A stretch of DNA of 64,000 nucleotides, taken from assembly GCA_964555935.1 (NCBI GenBank), contig CAZKUN010000013.1, positions 4,539 to 68,538 on the forward strand, in the 5' to 3' direction. This DNA comes from an uncultured Armatimonadia bacterium. Lineage in GTDB: Bacteria > Armatimonadota > Zipacnadia > Zipacnadales > VGFC01. A program made the translations under genes and the position numbers. Below are positions 18,289-28,117 of this stretch, in pieces. The notes under the pieces are model-generated. The model was given only the letters and a program-made list of their open reading frames with translations, did no database searches and was not told the origin of the DNA. Numbering within the stretch: the stretch's first letter is position 1; each line of letters begins with the position of its first letter.

Positions 18289-20985
18289 ATGAAGCTCGTC
18301 TCGCTCATGCTCCTGCTGGCGATGCTCGCCGGCTCCGCGGCCTGCGACCAGTGGTGGCAGTACCGCAAGGACCGCCGCCTCTCCGGGCGTTCATCAGCGA
18401 CCGGCAACATCCAAACACCCGCGGTCAAGTGGTCCCACTCGATCGCCGCGCGCGAGACGCTGCTCGCCGCCGGGCTGGGCAAGGGCCCGAGGCAGATCGA
18501 TCTGCCTCTCGATGATCTCGCCACGTTCGATTCGACGATCGCCGACTGGGGCGTCGCGGGCAGATACCGCACCTCATGGCTCGACCTCGACGGCACTCGT
18601 AATCTCACGCCGGACTCCGCGCACTACAACCGCAAGATCGGCAAGGTGCTGCCCGATGCTCCGGGCTTGCAGATGATCGAGACCGAGCCCCTTGGCTACC
18701 CGAAGGTGCCCGGCGTGTACAAAGGTACCGTGCGGCTGAAGATCCGGCGCGATGGCGAGTGGGTCACGCATTGGGAGGTCGAAACCGACACGCTCATCTG
18801 GAGCTGCGAACCGATCTTTGGTGATTTCGATGGCGACGGGGCTAACGAGATTGCCCTGCTTCCCTGGTACCGGCTCATCATGCTCGATGCCGCCACGGGC
18901 GAGCTGAAAGAGCAGTGCAACTACCTCGCCGAGGACGGGAGCGAGATCCCTGGCCATGGCGGCCGCGCCTACGGTTGGTTCGGGGCCGTCGATCTCAATG
19001 GCGACGGTCAAACCGAGTTCGTCATCGTCGAGGACTTCATCCGTTACACCACTGTCATCGGCCGGCGAAACGGTAAGCTCGAGAGACTGTGGCTGAAGGT
19101 GTGGGAGCCGCCCGGAGAGGGCAGCGACACTCCGACAGACGACGAAACGGTCGTCGTGCGCCTCAACCCGGAGCCCTTGCAGGACATCGACGGCGACGGC
19201 GTGCCCGAGATCGTCGTCTCGATCTTCAACCAGACACAGGACAACCGCTGGCACATCACCGCGCTCGATCCGCTGACCGGCGAGACGAAGCTCGACCTGC
19301 CGGGGCAATTCCTCACCGGCTTGCGCGATGCGACGGGCGACGGCGCCCCCGAGCTGTTCTGCACGGCCGCCGGTCTCGGGCCACGCATTCCGGAGCCCAC
19401 GGGACTCTCCATCGTGACGTGCCTGTCCGGCGCCCCCGAGACGCTCTGGGAGATCGAGGGCTCGGCCTTCGTCACCCACCACACCGGGCACTACCCTCCC
19501 CACGTGAACTCCGGCGCAGCCCTGGGAGGGGAGACGATCTTGTGCGGGCCCGTCGCGCCGGATCAGCCGAGCGTCTTCTTCACCCGCGGAGCTGTAGCCG
19601 ACGCTGCGGGCGAGACCGAGGTCACTTGCTGGCAGGCGAGCCCGTCTGGCCGCTTCCGGCGCGCGGCTCGGTGGACTGGGCCCAACCTTGAGCCTCTGAT
19701 GACGCGTGCCGACGATGCCGACTCGATCCTGTTGAGGGCAAGCGCCTTCGAGGGCGAGTCCGCGCGCGTCCGCTGCCCCGGCCGGGGCGCCGACACGACC
19801 GCAGTGGCCTCTAAACGCGTCCCGGCGCCGACCAGTCCGGTGGTAGTCGGGCGCGTGGATGCGGACTCGCCGCCGACGCTCGTCGTTCAGGGCGCGAACG
19901 AGACGGTCGACGCGTTCCGCCCGAGCGGCGAATCGACCGAGCGTCTCTGGCGCGTGCCCGGACGAGGCATGACGTGCAACAACTACTTCGAGGGCCTTCT
20001 CCTGGCCGATCTGACGGGTGATGGCACGCCGTCCGTCGTCGCCGGGCGTCGGGGCGAGGGCGACTGCGCGCGGCTGGCCGTGCTGTCTCTCGACACGGGC
20101 CAGGAGGTCTGGCACCACGATTTCCCGGATTTCCCAGGTGCGCCGCCGCCATGGAACGTCCCTGGGTTGATGTACTGGCAAGGCGGCCATTTCCGCGACA
20201 CCGAGCGGATGGATCTGCTCGTCCAGATGCGCCGGGTCTGGGGGGAGAGCACGCTGTTTGACGGCCGAACGGGCGAGCCCGTCTGGAAGCAGACCAAGGG
20301 CAGGCCGGGCAGGGGCTTCGGTCGTTGGTGGATGTCGATGTACGACTTCGATGGCGATGGGCTTGAGGACATCCTCAACATCTATCCGGACATGTTCTGC
20401 GTGGCGCGCGGCACCGACGGCGAGCTGCTGGTCGCCGAGGAGGTCGCGAAGTACGTCGACGAGTACGCCTACTACGCCGACTGCATTGTGGCTGACTTCC
20501 TGGACCGGGGCACTCCCCAGATTCTCTACTGCCACGAGTTCGTCACCGCGCTGCTCGACGGCAACGGTGACCGCATCTGGAAGGTCGCCCACGTTCACCC
20601 GATGGGCTGGCGCAACCAGGCCGCCCACGGCGATGTGGACGGCGACGGGAAGACCGAGTTGCTCTTCCCTGGGGCCATGGGTGAGGATGGCAGGGAATTC
20701 CGGTGCCTCGACGCGGCCACGGGCGAGGTGCGGTGGAGTTTCCCGATGCCTGACGAGGCGATCAGCTTCCCCGCCGTGGCCGACATGAACGGCGACGGGC
20801 GCGACGAGTGCGTCTTCACGATGGGGAGCACGATTCATGCCGTCGGCAATGGCGAGGTGCTGTGGACGCTCGACTTGCCCGGACGCCTTGGCCCGGTCGC
20901 GATTGCCGAGGTCGATGACAGCGGGGCGGCCCAGATTGTGGTGGCGTGCGCCGACGGACACGTGTACGGGATTGGCCCGGAGTGA
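18289..20985 (+). CDS. Secreted/lipoprotein-like FG-GAP/VCBS repeat beta-propeller protein
   Basis: Signal peptide MKLVSLMLLLAMLAGSAAC. At least eight Ca-binding DxDGDG repeats (DFDGDGANE, DLNGDGQTE, DIDGDGVPE, DVDGDGKTE, DMNGDGRDE...) are typical of integrin-alpha/FG-GAP propellers. Confidence 0.8.
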   Translation: MKLVSLMLLLAMLAGSAACDQWWQYRKDRRLSGRSSATGNIQTPAVKWSHSIAARETLLAAGLGKGPRQIDLPLDDLATFDSTIADWGVAGRYRTSWLDLDGTRNLTPDSAHYNRKIGKVLPDAPGLQMIETEPLGYPKVPGVYKGTVRLKIRRDGEWVTHWEVETDTLIWSCEPIFGDFDGDGANEIALLPWYRLIMLDAATGELKEQCNYLAEDGSEIPGHGGRAYGWFGAVDLNGDGQTEFVIVEDFIRYTTVIGRRNGKLERLWLKVWEPPGEGSDTPTDDETVVVRLNPEPLQDIDGDGVPEIVVSIFNQTQDNRWHITALDPLTGETKLDLPGQFLTGLRDATGDGAPELFCTAAGLGPRIPEPTGLSIVTCLSGAPETLWEIEGSAFVTHHTGHYPPHVNSGAALGGETILCGPVAPDQPSVFFTRGAVADAAGETEVTCWQASPSGRFRRAARWTGPNLEPLMTRADDADSILLRASAFEGESARVRCPGRGADTTAVASKRVPAPTSPVVVGRVDADSPPTLVVQGANETVDAFRPSGESTERLWRVPGRGMTCNNYFEGLLLADLTGDGTPSVVAGRRGEGDCARLAVLSLDTGQEVWHHDFPDFPGAPPPWNVPGLMYWQGGHFRDTERMDLLVQMRRVWGESTLFDGRTGEPVWKQTKGRPGRGFGRWWMSMYDFDGDGLEDILNIYPDMFCVARGTDGELLVAEEVAKYVDEYAYYADCIVADFLDRGTPQILYCHEFVTALLDGNGDRIWKVAHVHPMGWRNQAAHGDVDGDGKTELLFPGAMGEDGREFRCLDAATGEVRWSFPMPDEAISFPAVADMNGDGRDECVFTMGSTIHAVGNGEVLWTLDLPGRLGPVAIAEVDDSGAAQIVVACADGHVYGIGPE

Positions 20986-21054
20986 TTGCCGTCGGAGGGG
21001 GTGAATGGGGGGATATTCGGGGCCGCGGCGTCTCTTGGGTGTTTCGGAACAACT

Positions 21055-22491
21055 CTAGCGTCTCGACCATCGCCGGTAAACGTCCTGCGCCTCACGGAAG
21101 AGGTCCTGCACTTCGCGTTGGTGAGCGGCCGTCCGGTACTTGCCCTTCGTCGCGGTCCATTCGAGCGCTTCGTCGAGCTTGCGGACGAACGCCGTTGCCG
21201 CCGGGCCCGCGCTCGCGTTTGGCCTCCCGCACTTGACGTACAACGGACTCGTGTGGGCGAAGAGCGGCTGGTGGAAGCTGTCGCGGACGTTGCTGGCCAG
21301 CCGCGCGGCAAGCCACCCGTCCTCGGGAATCTCAATCTCCACCGACAACTCCCCCGCACGCGTATCCATCCGATGGTCATGCACCACGCGCCCGTTCCGG
21401 ATGATTTGCACGGTGTCGACGGAGTAGAACGAATGCCACGACACCGTCACGTGGGCCGTTGATCCAGGCTCAAGCTCGAGCGTATCGCCGGGACGCTGCC
21501 CGTTGGCCTCCATGAACAGCGCCGGACCATTGGTCACGAACGTCCGCCCCTCGCTCAAGCCCCGGTACCACGCGTCTGGCTCAAAGTCCCCGGCCGTATC
21601 GACGTACACGCGATTTGCCGAGCAGACGAACCAATCCGAGCCGGTTGATGCGGGCAACGTGATGCCACAGTTCAGCATGTCATACCAGAGATCGTATTCG
21701 GGATCCTGCCAGAACGGATCGAACAGGTTGATCGCGTCGAGTTTCCCCAGCGCCGCGGCGACCGGGGCCTCCATCCCGCGACCGTTGTGACACCAGATCA
21801 CGAGGCCGCCTTGCGCGCGGGCTTCATCACACGCGAGAGATAGCGGCGGGTAATCCGGGTCGGTTTCATCGACGAGGAAGCCACGACTGATAGGCTCGAC
21901 GATGTCCTTGATTCTTAGGAACATCACGTGCCCGTATCCGTGCTCGATGCTGTCGGCGCTGTCGTTATGCCGGCATTCCTCGCCGCATTCGACGTAGTGA
22001 TGATCTGTCGAGAAATCGGTCAGGAACCCCGGCGAGTACTTGTTGCTGGCGTACGGCAAATCCCACCGCGTCAGCACGCTGATCGCGGTGACGCGCAGAT
22101 CCTCAACGCGTGGGTCCAGCCGAAGTCGTTCGTCCGGGCGCTGCTCGTTGTGGTCGTAGTGGATGTGCGTGTTGCCGGGGTGCCAGCCTTGTTCGCCGAG
22201 CGTGGTCCAGCGCGTGAGGGGGATATCGACCGCCATCGTCCCGGCCGTTGTGGCCTCGACGGTCATCGAGTAGGGCTCGTACTCCGTGCCGCGCTCGACA
22301 ACAACCCGCGTTCGCCCGCACCCGACGTCGACGGCAAAGCTGCCGTCGCTGTAGAAGAACGGACGTCCCGGACCAACCTTGAGAATCGCATCCTTGGGGT
22401 GGGCGAAGTGCCCGCTGGAGGTGAGGACCTCGACGCGCGCCTCGACCGGATGCCCGGTCGAGGCGTCAGTGATTCTGCCGGTGAGCTTCAT
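21055..22491 (-). CDS. Hypothetical metal-dependent hydrolase with N-terminal carboxypeptidase-regulatory-like beta-sandwich (CehA/McbA- or PHP-like, putative)
   Basis: The N-terminus KLTGRITDASTGHPVEARVEV resembles CarbopepD_reg. His-rich motifs GNTHIHYDH and HGYGHV are present. The protein is 478 aa. Confidence 0.5.
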   Translation of the reverse strand: MKLTGRITDASTGHPVEARVEVLTSSGHFAHPKDAILKVGPGRPFFYSDGSFAVDVGCGRTRVVVERGTEYEPYSMTVEATTAGTMAVDIPLTRWTTLGEQGWHPGNTHIHYDHNEQRPDERLRLDPRVEDLRVTAISVLTRWDLPYASNKYSPGFLTDFSTDHHYVECGEECRHNDSADSIEHGYGHVMFLRIKDIVEPISRGFLVDETDPDYPPLSLACDEARAQGGLVIWCHNGRGMEAPVAAALGKLDAINLFDPFWQDPEYDLWYDMLNCGITLPASTGSDWFVCSANRVYVDTAGDFEPDAWYRGLSEGRTFVTNGPALFMEANGQRPGDTLELEPGSTAHVTVSWHSFYSVDTVQIIRNGRVVHDHRMDTRAGELSVEIEIPEDGWLAARLASNVRDSFHQPLFAHTSPLYVKCGRPNASAGPAATAFVRKLDEALEWTATKGKYRTAAHQREVQDLFREAQDVYRRWSRR

Positions 22492-22515
22492 CTGAAGCCT
22501 CCGTCTGCATGCCGT

Positions 22516-22550
22516 CCGCGTAGCGACGGGGCTCCCGCCCCGTCGAATCC
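22516..22550 (-). repeat. Copy of dispersed hairpin repeat (ggattcgacggggcgggagccccgtcgctacgcgg, reverse orientation)
   Basis: Matches the element at 27977..28010 over 35 bp with no mismatch. Confidence 0.8.
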
Positions 22551-22560
22551 TCCCGCGCCT

Positions 22561-23598
22561 CTAGGCGTAGAATCCGCTGTCGCGCTTGCAGGCCTGGGTC
22601 ACCCGGACGACCTCAACGGCCTCTGCCGGCTTGACGATCAGCGCTTTGCGCTCGCGCAGGTGGGCCCAGACATTGTCGTAGAAGTCGCCGATGTTGTCGC
22701 CGACCGACGGGACCTCTTCGCTCTGCCACGGGATGACGTCGTCGTTCCCGTAAGCGCGCCCCGGTGGCGGCTCCTCGACGACCTCGAGCTTCGCGAGCTT
22801 CTTGGGATCGAACGATTCGATCGTGCTCGTCCGCCCGTCCGAGACCAGCGTCCCCTCGGACCCTAGCACGGTCCACAAGGGCTCGGGGAACTTGCAGGCG
22901 CTTGAGACTTCCATGTCGAACACCCGCCCGTTCTCCGCGCGCAGCAGAACCTTCACGTGGTCCTCGACATCCCCGATTCCGCTGATCAGCCGCAGGTCGC
23001 AGAAGACGTCCTTCACGGTCGAGCCCAGCATCTGCAGCCCCGCGTCGATGTAGTGAGGGCAGGTGTTGTTGAGCACGCCGCCGTGGTGGCTGCGCATCGT
23101 CTGCCAATCGTTCCGGCGGCTGAACCCAAACGACCGCATCCGGATCTCAAAAACATCTCCGATCCGCTTCTCGCGGATGACCTTCAGGATGTGCTGGATG
23201 CAGGGGTTGTAGCGGTTATTGTGGTGAACGAGGAGCTTCTTCTTTGCCTTCTTCGCGGCGGCGACCATGCTGTTTGCCATCGAGACGCTATCGGCGATGG
23301 GTTTCTCGCAGATCGCGTGCCGTCCGCTGCGGAGCACATCCTTCGTGATCGGCCCGTGCGTGTCTGAGTAGCTCGCGACGACCACAACATCCGCGTCGGC
23401 GCCCTTCAGCAGCGCCTGGTGATCATCAAAGCACTCGCAGCCCAACTCCTCCGCGACCTCCGCGCGTCGCTCGGGCAGCCAGTCGGTGACGGCGGTGACT
23501 TGGTAGCGCTTGTCATCGCGCACGCGTTTGACGTGGATGTTGTAGCCCGAACGCCCGAGTCCGACGATACCCAACTTGATCGGCTTCTTGCTTGCCAT
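22561..23598 (-). CDS. Gfo/Idh/MocA-family oxidoreductase
   Basis: IKLGIVGLGRSG Rossmann motif, EKP motif, 345 aa. Confidence 0.85.
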   Translation of the reverse strand: MASKKPIKLGIVGLGRSGYNIHVKRVRDDKRYQVTAVTDWLPERRAEVAEELGCECFDDHQALLKGADADVVVVASYSDTHGPITKDVLRSGRHAICEKPIADSVSMANSMVAAAKKAKKKLLVHHNNRYNPCIQHILKVIREKRIGDVFEIRMRSFGFSRRNDWQTMRSHHGGVLNNTCPHYIDAGLQMLGSTVKDVFCDLRLISGIGDVEDHVKVLLRAENGRVFDMEVSSACKFPEPLWTVLGSEGTLVSDGRTSTIESFDPKKLAKLEVVEEPPPGRAYGNDDVIPWQSEEVPSVGDNIGDFYDNVWAHLRERKALIVKPAEAVEVVRVTQACKRDSGFYA

Positions 23599-23619
23599 TT
23601 GCGGCCTCCCGAAGGCGCG

Positions 23620-24360
23620 TTACGGCGAGTGTTCGTTCACATATTCCAGCGCGTCGCGTAGATACTGCAGCGTGTTCTCGCGGTCTTGCACTTCCATCTC
23701 GACCACGACATCCCCTGGGTAGCCATCCTCTGCCAGCCTCGCCAGCAACCCAGGCAGATCGATCTCACCCGTTCCGAACGGCACTGATTGCCGCCCGACT
23801 TGGTCCTTGATGTGCACCAGCTCGAATCGCCGGTCTAACGCCTCACAAGCCTCGCGCCAGTCAATGCCCACTGAGTGGAACTGCCCGACCTCGAGCGTGC
23901 ACTTCAGCCGCGCGTCATCGACGGTCGACAGGATTCTGTCGTAATCCTCAAGCGTCTCGATTGCCGAGCCCGCGTGGTTCTGCAGGACGGGGATCACGGG
24001 CAGGCCATCGATCTCGTCGAGCAGCGCCTTAACCGCCGGCGCGTCTCGATCCAGGTCCGTCGGCTTCACGAGCGCGGCTCGCACACCTAGCTCCGCGCCC
24101 AACCGGCACGTCTTCGCCGCGTTGGCGATTGATGTCTCGTGGTCCTCGGTAATTGGGGGAAGATGTATCGATGAGAAGTCGATGCCGTACTTGTCGGTGA
24201 AGCCGAGATACGCGTCCGGATCCGCATCAGCAGACAGCGCCGACTTGCACCAACTCGTGAACGCCTCAAAGCGCGTGTAGCCAATCTGCGCGTAGGCTGA
24301 GAGCACCTCGGCGAGGCTCATCTCGGGGTTGGAGCACGGGCTAACGGCGAACGAAAGCAT
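23620..24360 (-). CDS. Sugar phosphate isomerase/epimerase (xylose-isomerase-like TIM barrel, AP_endonuc_2 fold)
   Basis: Conserved acidic/His positions (HLPP, E...HIKD, VVEME) are typical of the family. The internal ATG at 24360 (MLSFAVSP) is preferred over 24432. Confidence 0.75.
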   Translation of the reverse strand: MLSFAVSPCSNPEMSLAEVLSAYAQIGYTRFEAFTSWCKSALSADADPDAYLGFTDKYGIDFSSIHLPPITEDHETSIANAAKTCRLGAELGVRAALVKPTDLDRDAPAVKALLDEIDGLPVIPVLQNHAGSAIETLEDYDRILSTVDDARLKCTLEVGQFHSVGIDWREACEALDRRFELVHIKDQVGRQSVPFGTGEIDLPGLLARLAEDGYPGDVVVEMEVQDRENTLQYLRDALEYVNEHSP

Positions 24361-24447
24361 GGCGTCTCTCCCGGCGTGGCGGTTCGCCCGGCGACGGTGA
24401 TTACCTGCACGCTGCCCCCGTGGCGCAGGCATTCTTGCCTGCGGCCG

Positions 24448-26028
24448 CTACTCCGGCTTGAACATCTGGAAATCGCCGCTGCCAACATCTAGGTCGGCAT
24501 ACTTATCAAGCCGGAACGTATGCCAGTAGCACGCCCAGCGCGCGTCGGCCTCCAACACGGCGCCCAGGCGGCGAATTATCGCTCGTTTCGCGTCCCCACG
24601 CCCGGGGTCGCTTGATAGGTCGCGATACGTCGCGTCCGCGAGATCGTACAGCTCGTCGCGGTCAGACGTGAGGTTGTAGGTGTACATGTACTTGGTCCCG
24701 TCGACCTCCGCGAAGGTCGAGACCGCCGGGTTCGGCGCGACATGCCAGCCGCACTCGAAGAGGATCGGGTCGCGCTCCGGAATCGCTTCGCCGCGGATGT
24801 GCGGCAGCAGTGATTCACCATCGAGACGCTCCGCCGGAGCGATGCCGGCGGCCTCGAACACTGTCGGCGCGATGTCGAGCAGCGAGACCATCTCGTCAAC
24901 CGTCCGTCCCGCGCCCCTCTCCCTGGGGAGCTTCACGCTCAGCGGCACCATCGCCACCTTTGGGTGGCCGTAGACACCCTTGTCGACCAACGCCCGCTCG
25001 CAGTTCATCTCGCCATGATCGCCCGTGAGGACGATGAGGGATTCATCGTAGATGCCGCGCTCGTCGAGCGCGTTCAGGAAGCGCCCTATCGCGGCGTCGA
25101 GCGCCTCGATCTGCACGAAGTTCATCAGCATGTACTGGCGCGCGGTCGCCTCGTCATACATCCCCCAGTTGCGCAGGTACACGTCATACACGCGCGGCCA
25201 GTCCTGCCCCTTGAGCGCCGCGTGGTAGCTCGCCGGCAACTGGATGTGTTCGGCCAGCTCCCGCGCCCGCTCGGCGTAGCACCCCGGCACCAGGAACGGC
25301 TGGTGTGGCGCGAAATAGTCGAGTTGGAGATACACGGGGTCGCCGGCTGATTGCCCGAGCGCGCTATCGAGCGTCTCAGTCGCCAGCCTCGAGAGGTACT
25401 GACTGTACGTTCCCTCCTCGGGGAACTCGCGTCCATCGGATTGCGCGATCCAGCCGCCGCAGTTGTTGCCGGGCGTCTGGCGATCCGGGCGCAGGCCCTT
25501 GATGGGATTAGGCCACGTCGGCGGGGTGACGCCCAAGTCGCGGAGGTACCGGTGGTAGCCGTCGTCATCAGCCAGCGGCGGCGCCCAACGGTTCCAGGGC
25601 GAGTCGCTCTCGCCGAACGCGTCCATGAACTTGGCGGCCCCGACGTGGCACTTGCCGACATGTTTCGTGGTGTAGCCGGTGGCTCTTAGGTACTCCGGGA
25701 AGATGGCATCCGAATCCCGCAGGCCCACTTCCCAGCCGTCGTGCGCGCGCTCCTCGTTCGCCGTGAGGTAGGGGTACCGCCCGGTGAGGTATCCGGCTCG
25801 CGATGGGCCGCACAGTGGCGAGCAACTGAACGCGTTGCTGAATCGCGTTCCGTCGGCCATGATCCGGTCGATGTTCGGCGTGCGCAGGTGCTCGCGAATT
25901 GGGGCGGCAGGATCGTAGCTCTCGCGTGGAATCATGTCCACGCTGATGAAGAACACGTTCGGCCCGGTTCGGCCATCATGCTCGAATGGATGGGCTCCGG
26001 TGCGCTCGTTCAGGTAGCGTTGTCTCAT
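24448..26028 (-). CDS. Cys-type (formylglycine) sulfatase, no signal peptide
   Basis: The canonical signature CGPSRAGYLTG is present. Alkaline-phosphatase-like core motifs are found (NVFFISVD, GKCHVG, LTGDHGE). The start is assigned to the internal ATG at 26028. Confidence 0.85.
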   Translation of the reverse strand: MRQRYLNERTGAHPFEHDGRTGPNVFFISVDMIPRESYDPAAPIREHLRTPNIDRIMADGTRFSNAFSCSPLCGPSRAGYLTGRYPYLTANEERAHDGWEVGLRDSDAIFPEYLRATGYTTKHVGKCHVGAAKFMDAFGESDSPWNRWAPPLADDDGYHRYLRDLGVTPPTWPNPIKGLRPDRQTPGNNCGGWIAQSDGREFPEEGTYSQYLSRLATETLDSALGQSAGDPVYLQLDYFAPHQPFLVPGCYAERARELAEHIQLPASYHAALKGQDWPRVYDVYLRNWGMYDEATARQYMLMNFVQIEALDAAIGRFLNALDERGIYDESLIVLTGDHGEMNCERALVDKGVYGHPKVAMVPLSVKLPRERGAGRTVDEMVSLLDIAPTVFEAAGIAPAERLDGESLLPHIRGEAIPERDPILFECGWHVAPNPAVSTFAEVDGTKYMYTYNLTSDRDELYDLADATYRDLSSDPGRGDAKRAIIRRLGAVLEADARWACYWHTFRLDKYADLDVGSGDFQMFKPE

Positions 26029-26247
26029 GTGGTGCTCCGCGCCGACATCGGGCTCCTGGGGGTGTCTACGTAGAAAGTTGGCGCAAATGGAGTGGCCGCG
26101 TCGACTATATGTGTAGGGAAGCCTGGCATTTGGGCTTTCGCCCAATTACGAAACTCCCCTTTACATAGGATCAATCACCCCCACCAAACCGAATCAACGA
26201 ACAGGGAACCCGCAGGTTGGGTCGCCCGCGCTACCGAACGTCCCGCC

Positions 26248-27954
26248 ATGAGAAACATGGCTCTTTCGATCACACTCGCGCTAGGCGGGAGCATGGTCCC
26301 CGGCCTGCTCCGGGCCGAGGCTCAGACAGGCAGCAGTGCCCAGACCGTCCGCGTGAGGTTCTTGGCCGAACGAAGTGAGTTTGTCGACACGATCTACGGC
26401 ATATTCCGGCGTCAAGTCCAGGACCGTTGTGGGGCGGCGGTCAAGCTGTTCGGCACCGGCGATGTCACTGTGGAATTCGCCATTGACCCAGACATCGGCG
26501 CGGAGGGTTTCCGGATCGAGGATGGCGACGGCGGAGCCGTGCGAATCGTCGGGAACGACGAACAGGGCCTGCTGTATGGAGTTGGGAAGTTCCTGAGAAC
26601 AAGCCGATATGACCAGGGAGGTTTCGGCCCCGGTTCGTGGCGGGGGACGTCGGTGCCCGACTGCCCGTTCCGTGCGGCATACTTCGCCACCCATTTCGGC
26701 AACTGGTACCAGTCGGCGCCTCGGTACGAGATAGAACGCTACATAGAAGACGTGGCTCTGTGGGGATTCAACACCTGGGTTTTTACCTTCCCGGTCGATG
26801 CCTATCCCAGTTTCCAGGCCGCCGAAGGACACATCAAGCAGTTGCGCGCGCTCATGGCGACCGCCAAGCGAGTCGGGCTTGAAGTGGCAGTAGGCAACGC
26901 CGTCAATAACGCGCTCACCACCGCCCCCACGGAAATCGCGGCCACGCAACCTCCAGGGAAGCCGCCGGGAGGAGGCATCGTCTGCCCGAGCATTCCTGCT
27001 GGTCGCGAGTACCTGCTCGATATCTGGCGCCAGACGATGCGCGCGTTCTCTGATGTCGGCGGCGGCATCGACTACATCTGCGTCGCTCCGTATGACACGG
27101 GCGGCTGTGGGTGCGAGCAGTGCATGCCGTGGGCCAGCAATGGGTACTTGAGGATCTCGAAGGATGTGATAGAGCAAGAGAAGACAGTGAATCCCGAGTG
27201 CAAGCTGATCCTGTCGACATGGCTGTTCGACGCGGCTGAATGGGAGGGGCTGCACCAGGCGCTGGGGACAGACAGCTATGACGGATGGGTCGACTACATA
27301 ATGGCAGGGGGAATCGTGGTCTCGGGCATGGATGGGTATCCCCAGTATCCTCTGGATCACGGCACGCCAAGCAACATCCCGCTGGTGAATTTCCGGGATA
27401 TCAGCATGTGGGGCATGCAGCCTTGGGGCGGCTACGGCGCCAATCCACAGCCTGAGCGCTTTCAGAAGCTGTGGAGAGCAGAATCACGGATGCTGGCGGG
27501 CGGGATCCTCTATTCAGAGGGCATCTATGAGGATATCAACAAGGCGATCAACGGTCAGCTATTCTGGACGAAGGACGGTGATACCGAGGACACGGTGCGG
27601 GAGTATATCGCCTTCGAGTATTCGCCCGATGTGGTGGATGATGTGTTGGCGGCGATCCACATTCTGGAGGGCTCATTGACGACCGCCTTCGGGAGCACGG
27701 AGCGTGACAACATCACCGAGAGCGTCTGCGAGGCGCATGACCTCATCACGAAGGCTGAGGCGAAGCTGAGCCCGCGGGCCCGGAATTCGTGGCGGTGGCG
27801 GATTCTCTCGCTGAGGGCGACAATCGACAACGAGCTGTTCAATAACCAGGGCAAGCTCGAGGGCCCTGTCCTGAAGCGGGCGTTCGATGAGCTGACCGAG
27901 ATCTACCACGCCGAGAACACCACTCCCGGGCTGCAGCCACCCAAGTTGCCGTAG
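26248..27954 (+). CDS. Hypothetical secreted protein, possible glycoside-hydrolase-like TIM barrel with Cys-rich CGCEQC motif
   Basis: Signal peptide MRNMALSITLALGGSMVPGLLRAEA at the internal ATG 26248, which is preferred over 26092. No confident family assignment. Confidence 0.55.
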   Translation: MRNMALSITLALGGSMVPGLLRAEAQTGSSAQTVRVRFLAERSEFVDTIYGIFRRQVQDRCGAAVKLFGTGDVTVEFAIDPDIGAEGFRIEDGDGGAVRIVGNDEQGLLYGVGKFLRTSRYDQGGFGPGSWRGTSVPDCPFRAAYFATHFGNWYQSAPRYEIERYIEDVALWGFNTWVFTFPVDAYPSFQAAEGHIKQLRALMATAKRVGLEVAVGNAVNNALTTAPTEIAATQPPGKPPGGGIVCPSIPAGREYLLDIWRQTMRAFSDVGGGIDYICVAPYDTGGCGCEQCMPWASNGYLRISKDVIEQEKTVNPECKLILSTWLFDAAEWEGLHQALGTDSYDGWVDYIMAGGIVVSGMDGYPQYPLDHGTPSNIPLVNFRDISMWGMQPWGGYGANPQPERFQKLWRAESRMLAGGILYSEGIYEDINKAINGQLFWTKDGDTEDTVREYIAFEYSPDVVDDVLAAIHILEGSLTTAFGSTERDNITESVCEAHDLITKAEAKLSPRARNSWRWRILSLRATIDNELFNNQGKLEGPVLKRAFDELTEIYHAENTTPGLQPPKLP

Positions 27955-27976
27955 GCGGGAAGGGGAGCGTCGAGAG

Positions 27977-28025
27977 GATTCGACGGGGCGGGAGCCCCGT
28001 CGCTACGCGGCTACGGCGGGCAGCG
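27977..28025 (+). repeat. Copy of dispersed hairpin repeat (ggggcgggagcccc hairpin + tcgctacgcggctacggcgg tail)
   Basis: Identical over 35 bp to the inverted copy at 22516..22550. The tail resembles copies at 31546 and 62246. Confidence 0.8.
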
Positions 28026-28117
28026 TCGTGGAAACTCAGACGTCCAGTTCCCCTGCTAAAGGCGCTCTCACGGGGGTAGCGCAACGCGAGGCGTGGGAGG
28101 GGCATGAGGGGGGGTGA

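Noticed and set aside
18574-20961. 795-aa minus-strand ORF
   Set aside because: Antisense shadow of the FG-GAP repeat gene 18289..20985. No motifs, Arg/Ala/Gly-rich composition.
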